From an uncultured Collinsella sp. (GTDB lineage: Bacteria; Actinomycetota; Coriobacteriia; Coriobacteriales; Coriobacteriaceae), in the NCBI GenBank assembly GCA_902493145.1, contig CABUOA010000003.1, positions 6,635 through 70,634 of the forward strand: a DNA stretch of 64,000 nucleotides, in the 5' to 3' direction. The notes under the pieces are model-generated. The model searched no databases. It was not told the origin of the DNA and saw only the letters and a program-made list of their open reading frames with translations. Shown piece after piece: positions 35,707 to 45,679 of the stretch (position 1 is the stretch's first letter; each line of letters opens with the position of its first letter). The position numbers and the translations under genes are program-made.

Positions 35707-36111
35707 TTAGCCAAAGAAGCGCTTGATCTCGATCTCGGCGTTCTCCAGGCAGTCGGAGCCGTGAATCACGTTGGCGTTGACATCGACGGCGAAGTCGCCG
35801 CGGATGGTGCCAGGAGCAGCATCAAGCGGGTTGGTAGCGCCCATAAGGGTGCGCATCTTGGAGACAGCGGAGAGACCGGAAACGACCATCTTGACGACCG
35901 GACCGCTCGTCATAAAGTCGCAGAGACCGCCAAAGAAGGGCTTGTCGTCCAGATGGGCGTAGTGCTCCTCGACGGTAGCGCGCTCGAGCGTGGTCATCTC
36001 CATGCGCTCGATGACAAGGCCGCTACGCTCAATACGAGCAACGATCTCGCCGATCTTGCGATCGCGCACGGCGTCGGGCTTAATCATGATGAAGGTCTTC
36101 TCGATAGCCAT
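35707..36111 (-). CDS. ndk: Nucleoside-diphosphate kinase
   Basis: MAIEKTFIMIKPDAV, GATNP and NVIHGSD (active-site His). Confidence 0.95.
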   Translation of the reverse strand: MAIEKTFIMIKPDAVRDRKIGEIVARIERSGLVIERMEMTTLERATVEEHYAHLDDKPFFGGLCDFMTSGPVVKMVVSGLSAVSKMRTLMGATNPLDAAPGTIRGDFAVDVNANVIHGSDCLENAEIEIKRFFG

Positions 36112-36417
36112 AAGGTAGCCTTTCAAGTAGGTTCGCGCGTGCCCAAGTCCCATTCCGGCACCCGCCTGGACTGCATCGTAACAGAGTTTTAGCTGCAGTT
36201 AAACAAAAAGCTGTTTATTGAAACGCTGCAATTTATTAAAGCGCTCCATATGTGTCACTTCTGTTTCGAAGCCCGATTAGAGTACCATCCGACCGCTCAT
36301 CAACCACATCGAACAGAGCGGGCGGTCGGTTGCCACCCGCGAACGTACCCCCTTCACAACCTGCCCAAAGGTCCTACAGAAGTTCTCGACAAGCCCCTCC
36401 CCCATAGCAGCAAAATA

Positions 36418-36450
36418 GGGGCGCCCGCATCAGCAGACGCCCGTAAAGCA
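36418..36450 (-). terminator. Candidate terminator after argH
   Basis: On the minus strand, GGGCG-N14-CGCCC is followed by CTATTTTGC. Confidence 0.45.
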
Positions 36451-36495
36451 AAAACGATTTATCAATAAATGGACAATACGTCTTCAGCCAAACCT

Positions 36496-37926
36496 TTACT
36501 TTGCCCCGTGACCCATCTCGACAACCTTGGTTAGCGATCCAAACACGCCTTCGTCGGCCACGAGCTGCGCCTCGGCACGCTGCAGCTGCACGGCAACGGC
36601 GGCAGGGGCGGTACCGCCCTCGGTCGTGCGTGCGGCGACAATCGACGGGATGTCGAGCGCCTCGGTAATGTCGCGCTCAAAGAGCGGGCTTGCCTCCTGG
36701 AACACCTCAAACGGCAGGTCCTCAAGATTGCAGCCGTGCTTCTCACACATCAGGACCAGATGGCCCACCACGGCATGTGCCTCACGGAACGGCAGACCAC
36801 GCTTAGCCAGGTAATCGGCAACATCGGTGGCGGCAAGATGCCCCACGCCGCACTCGCGCGCCATGGCATCCTCGTTGACGGTCCAGGTCGAAATCATTCC
36901 GGCCATAACGGACAGGCACTGCATGAGCGTGTGAGCGGTATCGAGCGCGCCCTCCTTGTCCTCCTGCAAGTCCTTGTTATAAGCGAGCGGCAGGCCCTTC
37001 ATGGTTACCAGCAGCTGCACCAGGTTGCCGTACACGCGACCGCTCTTACCGCGGATAAGCTCGGCAAAGTCGGGATTCTTCTTCTGCGGCATGATAGACG
37101 AGCCGGTGGAGTAGGAGTCTGAAAGCGTGATAAAGCCAAATTCGGAGCTCGACCACAGCACGATCTCCTCGGAAAGACGCGACAGGTGCATCGCCATGAC
37201 GGATCCGGCGTAATGCAGATCGAGCAGGAAATCACGGTCGGAAACCGCATCGAGCGAGTTGGGAATCACGCCCGCAAAGCCAAGTTCGGCAGCCGTCATC
37301 TGGCGATCGAGCGGATAGCTCGTACCGGCAAGCGCGGCAGCACCCAGCGGGCAGTTGTCGGCGGCATCAAAGGCGGCCTTCAGACGTGTAAAGTCGCGCG
37401 CGAACATCCAGGAATACGCCAGCAGATGATGTGACAGCAGCACGGGCTGAGCATGCTGCATGTGCGTGTAACCCGGCAGAATCACCTTGTCGTACTTCTT
37501 GGCCGCATCCACCAGCACGTGGCGCAACTGCAGGTTGGCCTCCATGAGCTCCTTGGCCAACGCCTTGACGCCCAGGCGCGTATCGGTCGCCACCTGGTCG
37601 TTGCGCGAACGTCCGGTATGCAAGCGCTTGCCGGCCTCGCCGATGCGACGCGTCAGCTCGCTCTCGATGGACATATGGATGTCCTCGTCGTTGATATCGA
37701 AGGTGAAGTTGCCGGCATCGATATCCTGTTCGATTCCGGTCAGGCCCTCGGCAATCGCCTGCTCATCCTCGGCACTGATGATGCCCTGGGCCGCCAGCAT
37801 CTTGGCATGCGCCTTAGAACCGGCGATATCCTGCTTATAGAGATGTTTGTCGACCGGCAGCGACGCGCCAAACTCCTGCGTGACCTCGGCCACTCCCGCC
37901 TCAAAACGACCGCCCCAAAGAGCCAT
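36496..37926 (-). CDS. argH: Argininosuccinate lyase
   Basis: MALWGGRF, HTGRSRNDQVATD and GSSIMPQKKNPD signature. Confidence 0.95.
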   Translation of the reverse strand: MALWGGRFEAGVAEVTQEFGASLPVDKHLYKQDIAGSKAHAKMLAAQGIISAEDEQAIAEGLTGIEQDIDAGNFTFDINDEDIHMSIESELTRRIGEAGKRLHTGRSRNDQVATDTRLGVKALAKELMEANLQLRHVLVDAAKKYDKVILPGYTHMQHAQPVLLSHHLLAYSWMFARDFTRLKAAFDAADNCPLGAAALAGTSYPLDRQMTAAELGFAGVIPNSLDAVSDRDFLLDLHYAGSVMAMHLSRLSEEIVLWSSSEFGFITLSDSYSTGSSIMPQKKNPDFAELIRGKSGRVYGNLVQLLVTMKGLPLAYNKDLQEDKEGALDTAHTLMQCLSVMAGMISTWTVNEDAMARECGVGHLAATDVADYLAKRGLPFREAHAVVGHLVLMCEKHGCNLEDLPFEVFQEASPLFERDITEALDIPSIVAARTTEGGTAPAAVAVQLQRAEAQLVADEGVFGSLTKVVEMGHGAK

Positions 37927-38044
37927 GGAACCGTCCCCTTTCTCCAAATACCAAAACAAGCGCCCAAAGCAATGCGCCATGTCGCTAAAGCGATTTTTCA
38001 ACCGCTAGTTTTACACAATCCCCACCGTGCGCGGGACCATGTTG

Positions 38045-38215
38045 CTAATTTGCAAAGAAGTGACGCACCAGGCACTTGGCGCCCAACGTCTCCCTCCGGA
38101 TGTTGCCTTGCGAACCATCGATCCAGGCCTTTAGGCTCATAGGAACGTCCTCGACCTTTGCAGCATCGAACTCGGGCGCGAGGGCAAGTAAGGCATGCGC
38201 GATAGCGTTGAACAT
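38045..38215 (-). CDS. Small hypothetical protein (56 aa), below the ORF-track cutoff
   Basis: My own translation is MFNAIAHALLALAPEFDAAKVEDVPMSLKAWIDGSQGNIRRETLGAKCLVRHFFAN. GAGGAG lies 8 nt upstream. GC-rich third positions match the host genes. Located between the argG terminator and argH. Confidence 0.45.
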   Translation of the reverse strand: MFNAIAHALLALAPEFDAAKVEDVPMSLKAWIDGSQGNIRRETLGAKCLVRHFFAN

Positions 38216-38249
38216 AATGGATACTCCTCATATATATAGGCACAGAGCC

Positions 38250-38296
38250 GCCAAATTGATAGAAGGAGCCCCGCCGGACAACCCCGGCGGGGCTCG
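38250..38296 (-). terminator. Terminator hairpin after argG
   Basis: On the minus strand, GAGCCCCGCCGG-GGTTGT-CCGGCGGGGCTC is followed by CTTCTATCAATTT. Confidence 0.65.
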
Positions 38297-38448
38297 GACT
38301 CAGCCGCAGGCGCGGCGTCATATATGCGGGCGGAACGTAGGGGCCACCGATGTTAAGAAGTGTCAGCAAGCATAACGAAAGGTAGGGACCCCGTGCGCCC
38401 GTTTTGTATCACGCGGATGGGCCGCGCGGATACCAAGGAAAGGAGGCG

Positions 38449-39675
38449 TTAGGCCTGGGCGGCAGCGGAGCTGGGACCCTGGACCTTTGCCCACGTCTTG
38501 AGCGACAGCGTATCGATCTCGATAAAGCCGGCGCTGGCCTTCTCGTCAAACGTGGTGTCGCGGTCGTAGGTAGCCAGACCGTAGTCATACAGGCTAAACG
38601 GGCTCTTGCGACCGACGACATGGCAGTTGCCCTTAAAGAACTTCAGACGGACGGTACCGGTCACGAACTTCTGGGTATCGGCCATAAAGGCATCGAGCGC
38701 GTTCTTGAGCGGGCTGTACCACTGGCCGTTGTACACGGCGGTGGCCCAATCCTGCTCGAGCTTGATCTTGGTCTTGAGCAGGTCGCCCTCGACGCAAATG
38801 TCCTCAAGTGCCTTGTGGGCGGTGATGAGCGTCAGGGCGCCGGGAACCTCATAGCACTCACGGCTCTTGAGGCACACCAGACGATCCTCGACCAGGTCGA
38901 GACGGCCAAAGCCGTTGTCACCAGAGATCTTGTTGAGGGCGATGACGATCTCGGAGAGCTTCATCTTCTTGCCGTCGACGGCGACGGGCTTGCCGGCCTC
39001 AAACTCAATCTCGGTATACGTCGGGGTGTCGGGCGCGTCCTCGGGGTTCTTGGTCATAACCCAGGCGTCATCGAGCGGCTCGTTCCAGGGATCCTCCAGG
39101 TGACCGCACTCAATGGCGCGACCCCACAGGTTGTCGTCGATGGAGTAGGGGTTGTCGTTGGCACCCTCGGGAACCGGCACGTTGTGGGCATGTGCGTAGG
39201 CGACCTCGTCGGGACGGCACTTCAGGTCCCACTCGCGAACCGGGGCGATAACCTTGAGCTCGGGGTCGAGGGCCTTGACGGCAGCCTCAAAACGAACCTG
39301 GTCGTTACCCTTGCCGGTGCAGCCGTGAGCGACGTAGGTCGCGCCAAACTCGTGAGCGACCTCGACAAGCTTCTTGGCGAGCAACGGGCGGGACAGGGCG
39401 GAGAGCAGCGGATACTTGTTCTCGTACATAGAGTTTGCGGCGATAGCCTTAGTCAGGAACTCATCGGAGAACTCGTCGCGCAGATCGAGCACCTGGCAAT
39501 CCAGAACGCCCAGGTCGAGGGCCTTCTGCTTCTTGGCGTCCAGACCGGTCTCCTCCTGGCCCACGTTGCCGCAGACACAAACAACATCGAGATTCTTCTC
39601 GTCCTGGAGCCACTTGACACATACGGATGTATCAAGACCACCGGAATATGCGAGAACGACTTTTTCCTTGCTCAT
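38449..39675 (-). CDS. argG: Argininosuccinate synthase
   Basis: Starts at MSKEKVVLAYSGGLDTS. HGCTGKGNDQVRFE signature. Confidence 0.95.
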   Translation of the reverse strand: MSKEKVVLAYSGGLDTSVCVKWLQDEKNLDVVCVCGNVGQEETGLDAKKQKALDLGVLDCQVLDLRDEFSDEFLTKAIAANSMYENKYPLLSALSRPLLAKKLVEVAHEFGATYVAHGCTGKGNDQVRFEAAVKALDPELKVIAPVREWDLKCRPDEVAYAHAHNVPVPEGANDNPYSIDDNLWGRAIECGHLEDPWNEPLDDAWVMTKNPEDAPDTPTYTEIEFEAGKPVAVDGKKMKLSEIVIALNKISGDNGFGRLDLVEDRLVCLKSRECYEVPGALTLITAHKALEDICVEGDLLKTKIKLEQDWATAVYNGQWYSPLKNALDAFMADTQKFVTGTVRLKFFKGNCHVVGRKSPFSLYDYGLATYDRDTTFDEKASAGFIEIDTLSLKTWAKVQGPSSAAAQA

Positions 39676-40228
39676 GGCTGTTTCCTTTCGCCCTTGGTAG
39701 CTAGTTAGAACATCGGTCAGTTGCAAGTCATTTCGAGGTCAAAAACCGTGCAATATCAGGTTAAATAGCAAAAAGCAGCACAACATGCCCTAGAAACATG
39801 CAGCAATGTCGTGCTAAAACCCAACGACCTCAAAATGACTCTGTTGAGGCAATTCGCCCCATACGGACAGAGACGATTGTTATCGTCGTCGGGAAATTGC
39901 GCGCTGGCGTCGGATGGCATTGTCTGCAGTAGTGATGATCTTTACGAACTGCATCTGCCTCTCCTTTCACCTATCGCCGGGCGCAATTCTAATATCGTAA
40001 ACGGTACCTTTTCTTCGGTAAGCGGTTGTATTTCCGTCTCCGTTTTCGATGGTCGCTATATTACGCTAAAGTGCCCGCAGCACAAGCGACAAATTCAAAT
40101 TTCTGAAAAGTTTTTTCATTACTTTGTGAAGCGTGGTGCAAATACGCTCCGTTCCTGCGACAATACGCTCAGTTACTGGTTGATGGTTATAACGTCTGAA
40201 ACAATTTCGAAACGAAAGGCGCGCTTTT

Positions 40229-41056
40229 ATGCAAACTTACGAATCGGACACCAATATCGGAAGCATTAAGATTCTCGCCGTCGACATGGACAAGACGCTG
40301 CTCACCGACAAGCGCGTGTTGCCGCAGGGTCTTGATGAGCGCCTGGACAAGCTCGCCGACGCAGGCATTGTATTCTGCCCCGCCAGCGGACGCCCCGCCC
40401 CCAAACTCGAGGAAATGTTCGAGAGCATTAAGAACCGACTTGCTTTTTGTCCCGACAACGGAGCCTGCGTCATCTATCGCGGCAGCTATATCTATAAGAG
40501 CAACATCGATGTGGCGCTGTATCAGCAGGTGCTCGCCCGTGCCTCGGAGGACCCGCGTGCCGTTCCCGTCTTGTGCTGCTACGACGAGTTCTATGTGCTC
40601 GCCCGCGACCATCAGTACCACGACGAGATCAGCGTGTACTACAACACGATCAACTACGTCGATAGCTTTGAGGGCCTTGATATCGAGTCCAACAAGATTT
40701 CGATCTTCTTCCCCGCCTACGATGCCGAGCCCGCGTTTCGCGAGAACTACAGCCCCGAGTTCTCGGACAAGCTCTACGTCACCAACGCCGGGCGCGAGTG
40801 GATAGACTTTATGAACCTGGGCGTCGACAAGGGGTCGGGCGTCGCGCACCTGTGCGAGCAGCTGGGCATTGATATCGCTGATGCCGCCGCCGTGGGTGAT
40901 ACGTACAACGACATCCCCATGCTCGAGCGCGTCGGGCATAGCTTTATCGTGGATAATGCCGAGGAGCACATGAACGCGCACGCCAAATGGCGCATTCCGA
41001 GCAACAACGACGGGGGCGTACTGACGCTCATCGACGCCATCCTGGCGGCTCGTTAA
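40229..41056 (+). CDS. Cof-type HAD-IIB hydrolase
   Basis: LAVDMDKTLL, ASGRP and VGDTYNDIPML motifs. Confidence 0.85.
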   Translation: MQTYESDTNIGSIKILAVDMDKTLLTDKRVLPQGLDERLDKLADAGIVFCPASGRPAPKLEEMFESIKNRLAFCPDNGACVIYRGSYIYKSNIDVALYQQVLARASEDPRAVPVLCCYDEFYVLARDHQYHDEISVYYNTINYVDSFEGLDIESNKISIFFPAYDAEPAFRENYSPEFSDKLYVTNAGREWIDFMNLGVDKGSGVAHLCEQLGIDIADAAAVGDTYNDIPMLERVGHSFIVDNAEEHMNAHAKWRIPSNNDGGVLTLIDAILAAR

Positions 41057-41130
41057 CGGGGCTCGTCGGACCCGGCCGGGCGCCAAGATGGCGTCTTGAG
41101 TGTCTAGATACTTAGCTGAAATGATTTGAG

Positions 41131-41172
41131 CAGAGGGGAGCTCCTTGTTGGGAGGGGCTCCCCTCTGTTTTG
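41131..41172 (+). terminator. Rho-independent terminator after the Cof hydrolase gene
   Basis: CAGAGGGGAGC-N16-GCTCCCCTCTG is followed by TTTT. Confidence 0.8.
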
Positions 41173-41179
41173 GTTACTG

Positions 41180-41219
41180 TGGGACAAATTAATCAGTAGT
41201 GTTTGTCCCAAATCTTAAG
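41180..41219 (+). repeat. 40-nt hairpin element, copy 2
   Basis: TGGGACAAATTAATCAGTAGTGTTTGTCCCAAATCTTAAG. 36 of 40 nt identical to 29018-29057. Sits in a convergent intergenic region. Confidence 0.75.
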
Positions 41220-41267
41220 TATGTGGGGGCTTGCGTCTTGGGCGAGCTTGCCTTACCGAGTGCTTTC

Positions 41268-44012
41268 CTATTTGGCGTCGGCCCAGGTTACTCCGGTTGA
41301 GGCTTCGGCGATTAGGGGTACTCGGAGGTCTACGACGTGTTCCATGACGTCGCGGACCATGGTGGTTAGGCGCTCGACTTCGTTGACGGGGCACTCAAAA
41401 TCCAGTTCGTCGTGTACCTGCAAGATCATGTGGGCGGCAAAACCCTCTTCTTCCAGGCGGCGGCTTACGCGGGCCATGGCGATCTTGATGATGTCGGCGG
41501 CGGTGCCCTGCATGGGGTGGTTCATGGCCGTGCGCTCACCAAAGCCGCGGAGCTGTGGGTTTTTGGCCTTGAGCTCGGGAATATGGCGTCTGCGGCCATA
41601 CATGGTCTCGGCATAGCCCGTCTGCTTGGCTCGCGCCACCACATTGTCGAGGAACGTGCGCACGCCCGGGTAGGCCTCGTAGTAGCGATCAATCATATCG
41701 CGCGCCTCGGCCATCGAGATGTGCAGCGACTGCGACAGTCCATAGGCCTGCTGGCCGTACACGATGCCAAAGTTCACGGCCTTGGCGCGGCTACGCAGGT
41801 CGGGTGTCACCTCGGACACCGGCACGCCAAATACGCGCGCGGCCGTCTCGGCATGGAAGTCCTCGCCCTCGTTGAAGGCGCGCACCAGGTGCTCGTCACC
41901 CGAAAGATGCGCGAGCAGGCGCAGCTCGATCTGCGAGTAGTCCACCGCCAAAAAGACGCTGCCCTCGCCCGCCGAGAACGCCGTCTTGACGGTACGCCCC
42001 AGCTCCGAGCGCGTCGGAATGTTTTGCAGATTGGGGTCGCTCGAAGACAAACGCCCCGTCGCGGTGATGGTCTGGTTGTACGTGGTGTGCACACGCCCGT
42101 CACCACGGCGCAGCGGGCCCAGCGTGTCCAGATAGGTCGACTTAATCTTGGACTTCTCACGCCAGTCCAAAATCAGGCGCACTATCTCGTGGTCGCGGGC
42201 AAGGTCGCTCAGCACCTTGGCGTTGGTCGAATAGTAGCCGCGCTTGGTCTTTTTGAGGCCCTTGGTCGGAAGTCCCATAACATCAAACAGCACGTGCGAG
42301 AGTTGCATGGGGCTGCCGATGTTAAAGGTCTCGTCGCCGGCCAGGTCGCGAATGCTGCGCTCGACCTCGGCAATCTGGGTCGCCAGGCCCTCGGACAGAC
42401 TGTGCAGGCGGTCGGGGTCCACGAGCATGCCCGCGCGCTCCATCTTGGCAAGCACCGGCACGAGCGGCATCTCGATCCCATCGAACACGTTGGCGGCGTT
42501 CTCGCGGGCCATGCGGTCACGCAGCGGTGCAACCAGCGCCAGCGTCAAGGCCGCCGTGCGAGCGGCGGGCGCAGGAGCGTCCTCGCCAGCACCCTCTGCG
42601 CCGCGCGCCGCAGGCAGCGCCATCTGCAGATACGTATCGGCCAGATACACCTCGTCAAACTCGGAGCGGTCGGAATCCAACAGGTAGGCGGCAACAACGG
42701 TATCGAAGATGCGCGTGGAATCGACTGCCAGCGGATCCATGAGCTCGAGCTCAGAAGAATCGATGGGCGAAAGCTCATGCAGAAGCGCCTTCATATCCGG
42801 GCTCGCCGCACGGCCTTCCATAAACAGACGCGCGAGCACGCCGGCAATCACGCCGTGGGCGAAGTTGAAGCCCTCAACCTCAGCCGCCGCACCGCTGTCG
42901 CCCTCCTCGAGCGCAAACAGGCCCTTGGACGTCGCCAACCACAACGTGCGCGTCAGCCCAAAGAGCGCGCCCTCTTCCTTGTCATCGTCCACCACGGCGG
43001 CGACCCACTCGCCGGCATCAATCACGCGGGAGACCTCAGCCGCAACGGCACCAAGCGCGCCAGCATCGCCGGCGGCTGCGCGCAAAACGGCGGGAATCTC
43101 AAACGTGCTGGCAGCTGCCCCGCCCTCGCCGCCGATCAGCGCCAAGAAACGGTTCTGCATGGCGGTGATACCAAGCGTGCCCAGCGCCGCGGAAACCTCA
43201 TCGGCGGAAAACGCCGGGAAGGACGTCGCCTCAAAATCGAGCTCAACGGGTGCATCGGTGCGGATGGTCGCCACCTTACGGCTCAGCAGCGCGTCGTCGA
43301 TGTGTGCGCGCAGGTTTTCTCCCATCTTGCCCTTGACCTCGTCGGCGTGTGCGATGACCTCATCCAGGCTACCGTACTGCGCAATGAGCGCACTCGCCTT
43401 TTTGGGGCCGATGCCCGGCACGCCGGGGATGTTGTCGGACGTGTCGCCCTTCAGACCATAAAAGTCGGGCACGAGCGCCGGCGTGATGCCGTGATACAGA
43501 TCGTCCACGCTCTCGGGCGTCATGATCGCCACGTCGGACAGGCCCTTGCGGGTCGAGACCACGTTAACGTGCTCGGTCACGAGCTGATACATATCGCGAT
43601 CACCGGTCACCAGCAGCATGTCGCAGCCGGCCTCCTCACCCAAGCGCGCCATGGTTCCCAGGATATCGTCGCCTTCCCAGCCCTCGGACTGCAGAATCGG
43701 CACGTTGAGCGCGGCGAGCAGCTCCTTGATCATGGGGAACTGCGCGTGCAGGTCGGGATCCATGGGCGGGCGCTGCGCCTTGTACTGCGGCAGCATCTCC
43801 ATACGCACGCGCGGCTTGCCCTTGTCAAACGCCACGACAACGCCGTCGGGATTAAAGGCATCGATCATCTTGAGGAACATGTTCAGAAAACCAAAGATCG
43901 CGTTGGTGGGGCGACCGTCCGGCGCGTTCATGGTCGGCGGCACGGCGTGGAAGGCGCGATGCATGAGCGAGTTGCCGTCGATGACGGCAAAGGTACGGCG
44001 CTTTTCAGACAT
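41268..44012 (-). CDS. polA: DNA polymerase I
   Basis: 5'-nuclease domain (AVIDGNSLMHRAFHA, VTGDRDMYQL). Polymerase motifs DYSQIELRLLAH, RSRAKAVNFGIVYG and QVHDEL. Starts at MSEKRRTF. Confidence 0.95.
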   Translation of the reverse strand: MSEKRRTFAVIDGNSLMHRAFHAVPPTMNAPDGRPTNAIFGFLNMFLKMIDAFNPDGVVVAFDKGKPRVRMEMLPQYKAQRPPMDPDLHAQFPMIKELLAALNVPILQSEGWEGDDILGTMARLGEEAGCDMLLVTGDRDMYQLVTEHVNVVSTRKGLSDVAIMTPESVDDLYHGITPALVPDFYGLKGDTSDNIPGVPGIGPKKASALIAQYGSLDEVIAHADEVKGKMGENLRAHIDDALLSRKVATIRTDAPVELDFEATSFPAFSADEVSAALGTLGITAMQNRFLALIGGEGGAAASTFEIPAVLRAAAGDAGALGAVAAEVSRVIDAGEWVAAVVDDDKEEGALFGLTRTLWLATSKGLFALEEGDSGAAAEVEGFNFAHGVIAGVLARLFMEGRAASPDMKALLHELSPIDSSELELMDPLAVDSTRIFDTVVAAYLLDSDRSEFDEVYLADTYLQMALPAARGAEGAGEDAPAPAARTAALTLALVAPLRDRMARENAANVFDGIEMPLVPVLAKMERAGMLVDPDRLHSLSEGLATQIAEVERSIRDLAGDETFNIGSPMQLSHVLFDVMGLPTKGLKKTKRGYYSTNAKVLSDLARDHEIVRLILDWREKSKIKSTYLDTLGPLRRGDGRVHTTYNQTITATGRLSSSDPNLQNIPTRSELGRTVKTAFSAGEGSVFLAVDYSQIELRLLAHLSGDEHLVRAFNEGEDFHAETAARVFGVPVSEVTPDLRSRAKAVNFGIVYGQQAYGLSQSLHISMAEARDMIDRYYEAYPGVRTFLDNVVARAKQTGYAETMYGRRRHIPELKAKNPQLRGFGERTAMNHPMQGTAADIIKIAMARVSRRLEEEGFAAHMILQVHDELDFECPVNEVERLTTMVRDVMEHVVDLRVPLIAEASTGVTWADAK

Positions 44013-44178
44013 ATTGAATACCTCGCTTTGGGCTGGGCACGGTTTGCTCACACCAGTTTACACGCTCCCCGCCCCGCGGCCACCGCACATCAGGCTTCCC
44101 TGCCGCCGCGGGCCCGCGCGTGATACGATGGCTCACGGTACATCAACCAGCACGATCGATCCGAAAGGAGCCTGCGTC

Positions 44179-45576
44179 ATGGAGCGTCCCAGCGCATGGA
44201 AAAAGTACACGCCACAGCAGATCGAGGAGCTCGAGGAGCTTTGCCGCGGCTACAAGCAGTTTTTGAGTGAGAACAAGACCGAGCGCCTGTGCGTCAAGGC
44301 CGGTATCAAGATGGCCGAGGAGGCGGGCTACGTCAATCTGGAGACCGTGATCGCCGAGGGCCGCGCGCTCAAGGCCGGCGACAAGGTGTACGCCGCCAAC
44401 CACGGCAAGGACCTCATGCTCGTCAACCTGGGCACCGCCCCGCTCGAGCAGGGCTTTAACATCCTGGGCGCCCACGTGGACTCGCCGCGCCTGGACCTCA
44501 AGCAGAACCCCGCCTTCGAGGCCGGCGACATGGCTTATCTCGACACGCACTACTATGGCGGCGTCAAGAGCTACCACTGGGTCGCTTCCCCGCTCGCACT
44601 CGTGGGCGTCATCTGCAAAAAGGACGGCACCACCGTCGACATCAACATCGGTGACAAGGCCGACGACCCGGTCTTTACCATCTCCGACCTGCTGATCCAC
44701 CTCTCGAGCGAGCAGATGGCCAAGCCCGCCAAGGACGCCGTCGACGCCGAGATCCTCGACGTGATCGTGGGCGGCCGCCCCGTCAAGTTTAACGAGGACG
44801 ACAAGGACGCTCCCAAGGAGCCCGTCAAGCAGATGTTCCTGGATATCCTCAAGGAGCAGTACGACGTCGAGGAGGAGGACTTCCTCTCCGCCGAGATAGA
44901 GGTCGTGCCCGCCGGCCCCGCCCGCGACATGGGCCTCGACCGCTCCATGATTTTGGGCTATGGCCACGACGACCGCGTCTGCGCCTACCCCTCCATGCTC
45001 GCCCAGATCAATGTGGCCAATGTCGAGCGTACGAGCATCACGCTCATCGTCGATAAGGAGGAGATCGGCTCCGTGGGTGCCACCGGTATGACGAGCCGCT
45101 TCTTCGAGAACACCGTCGCCGAGATCATGACGCTCGCCGGCGAGGATAGCCCGCTGGCCCTGCGCCGCGCGCTCGCCCGCAGCCGCATGCTCTCCTCCGA
45201 CGTGTCCGCCGGCTTCGACCCGGGCTACGCCGGCAAGTTCGAAACCAAGAACGCAGCCTTTATGGGTCGCGGCCTGTGCTTTAACAAGTACACGGGCAGC
45301 CGCGGCAAGGGCGGCTCTAACGACGCCGACGCCGAGTATGTGGCCCTCATCCGCGACATCATGGACGAGGCCGGCGTGGACTTCCAGACCTGCGAGCTCG
45401 GTCGCGTCAACGCGGGCGGCGGCGGCACCATCGCATACATCATGGCTAAGTACGGCATGAACGTCATCGACTCTGGCGTTGCCGTCCTGTCCATGCACGC
45501 CCTGTGGGAGGTCGCTAACAAGGCCGATATCTACGAGGCCTATCGCGGCTACAAGGCCTTCATCGAGCGCGCGTAA
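44179..45576 (+). CDS. M18-family aminopeptidase
   Basis: GAHVDSPRLDLKQNP, DKEEIGS and LSMHA motifs. GAAAGGAG ribosome-binding site before ATG 44179. Confidence 0.85.
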   Translation: MERPSAWKKYTPQQIEELEELCRGYKQFLSENKTERLCVKAGIKMAEEAGYVNLETVIAEGRALKAGDKVYAANHGKDLMLVNLGTAPLEQGFNILGAHVDSPRLDLKQNPAFEAGDMAYLDTHYYGGVKSYHWVASPLALVGVICKKDGTTVDINIGDKADDPVFTISDLLIHLSSEQMAKPAKDAVDAEILDVIVGGRPVKFNEDDKDAPKEPVKQMFLDILKEQYDVEEEDFLSAEIEVVPAGPARDMGLDRSMILGYGHDDRVCAYPSMLAQINVANVERTSITLIVDKEEIGSVGATGMTSRFFENTVAEIMTLAGEDSPLALRRALARSRMLSSDVSAGFDPGYAGKFETKNAAFMGRGLCFNKYTGSRGKGGSNDADAEYVALIRDIMDEAGVDFQTCELGRVNAGGGGTIAYIMAKYGMNVIDSGVAVLSMHALWEVANKADIYEAYRGYKAFIERA

Positions 45577-45679
45577 CCAACCCTTCATCAGTTGCGGTGA
45601 AATACAGACTAACCTGGCCCATAAACGGCCAAAACAGACCGTATTCCACCGCAACTTCCTTTTTGGCAGAGGAGAGTCC

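Noticed and set aside
39811-40269. 152-aa plus-strand ORF in the A/T-rich block.
   Set aside because: It has a GTG start with no ribosome-binding site. Codon usage is unlike every confident gene here. It overlaps the Cof gene start by 41 nt and has no recognisable domain. Treated as non-coding, though not excluded.
41412-44123. 903-aa plus-strand ORF.
   Set aside because: Antisense to polA, which carries all polymerase I motifs.
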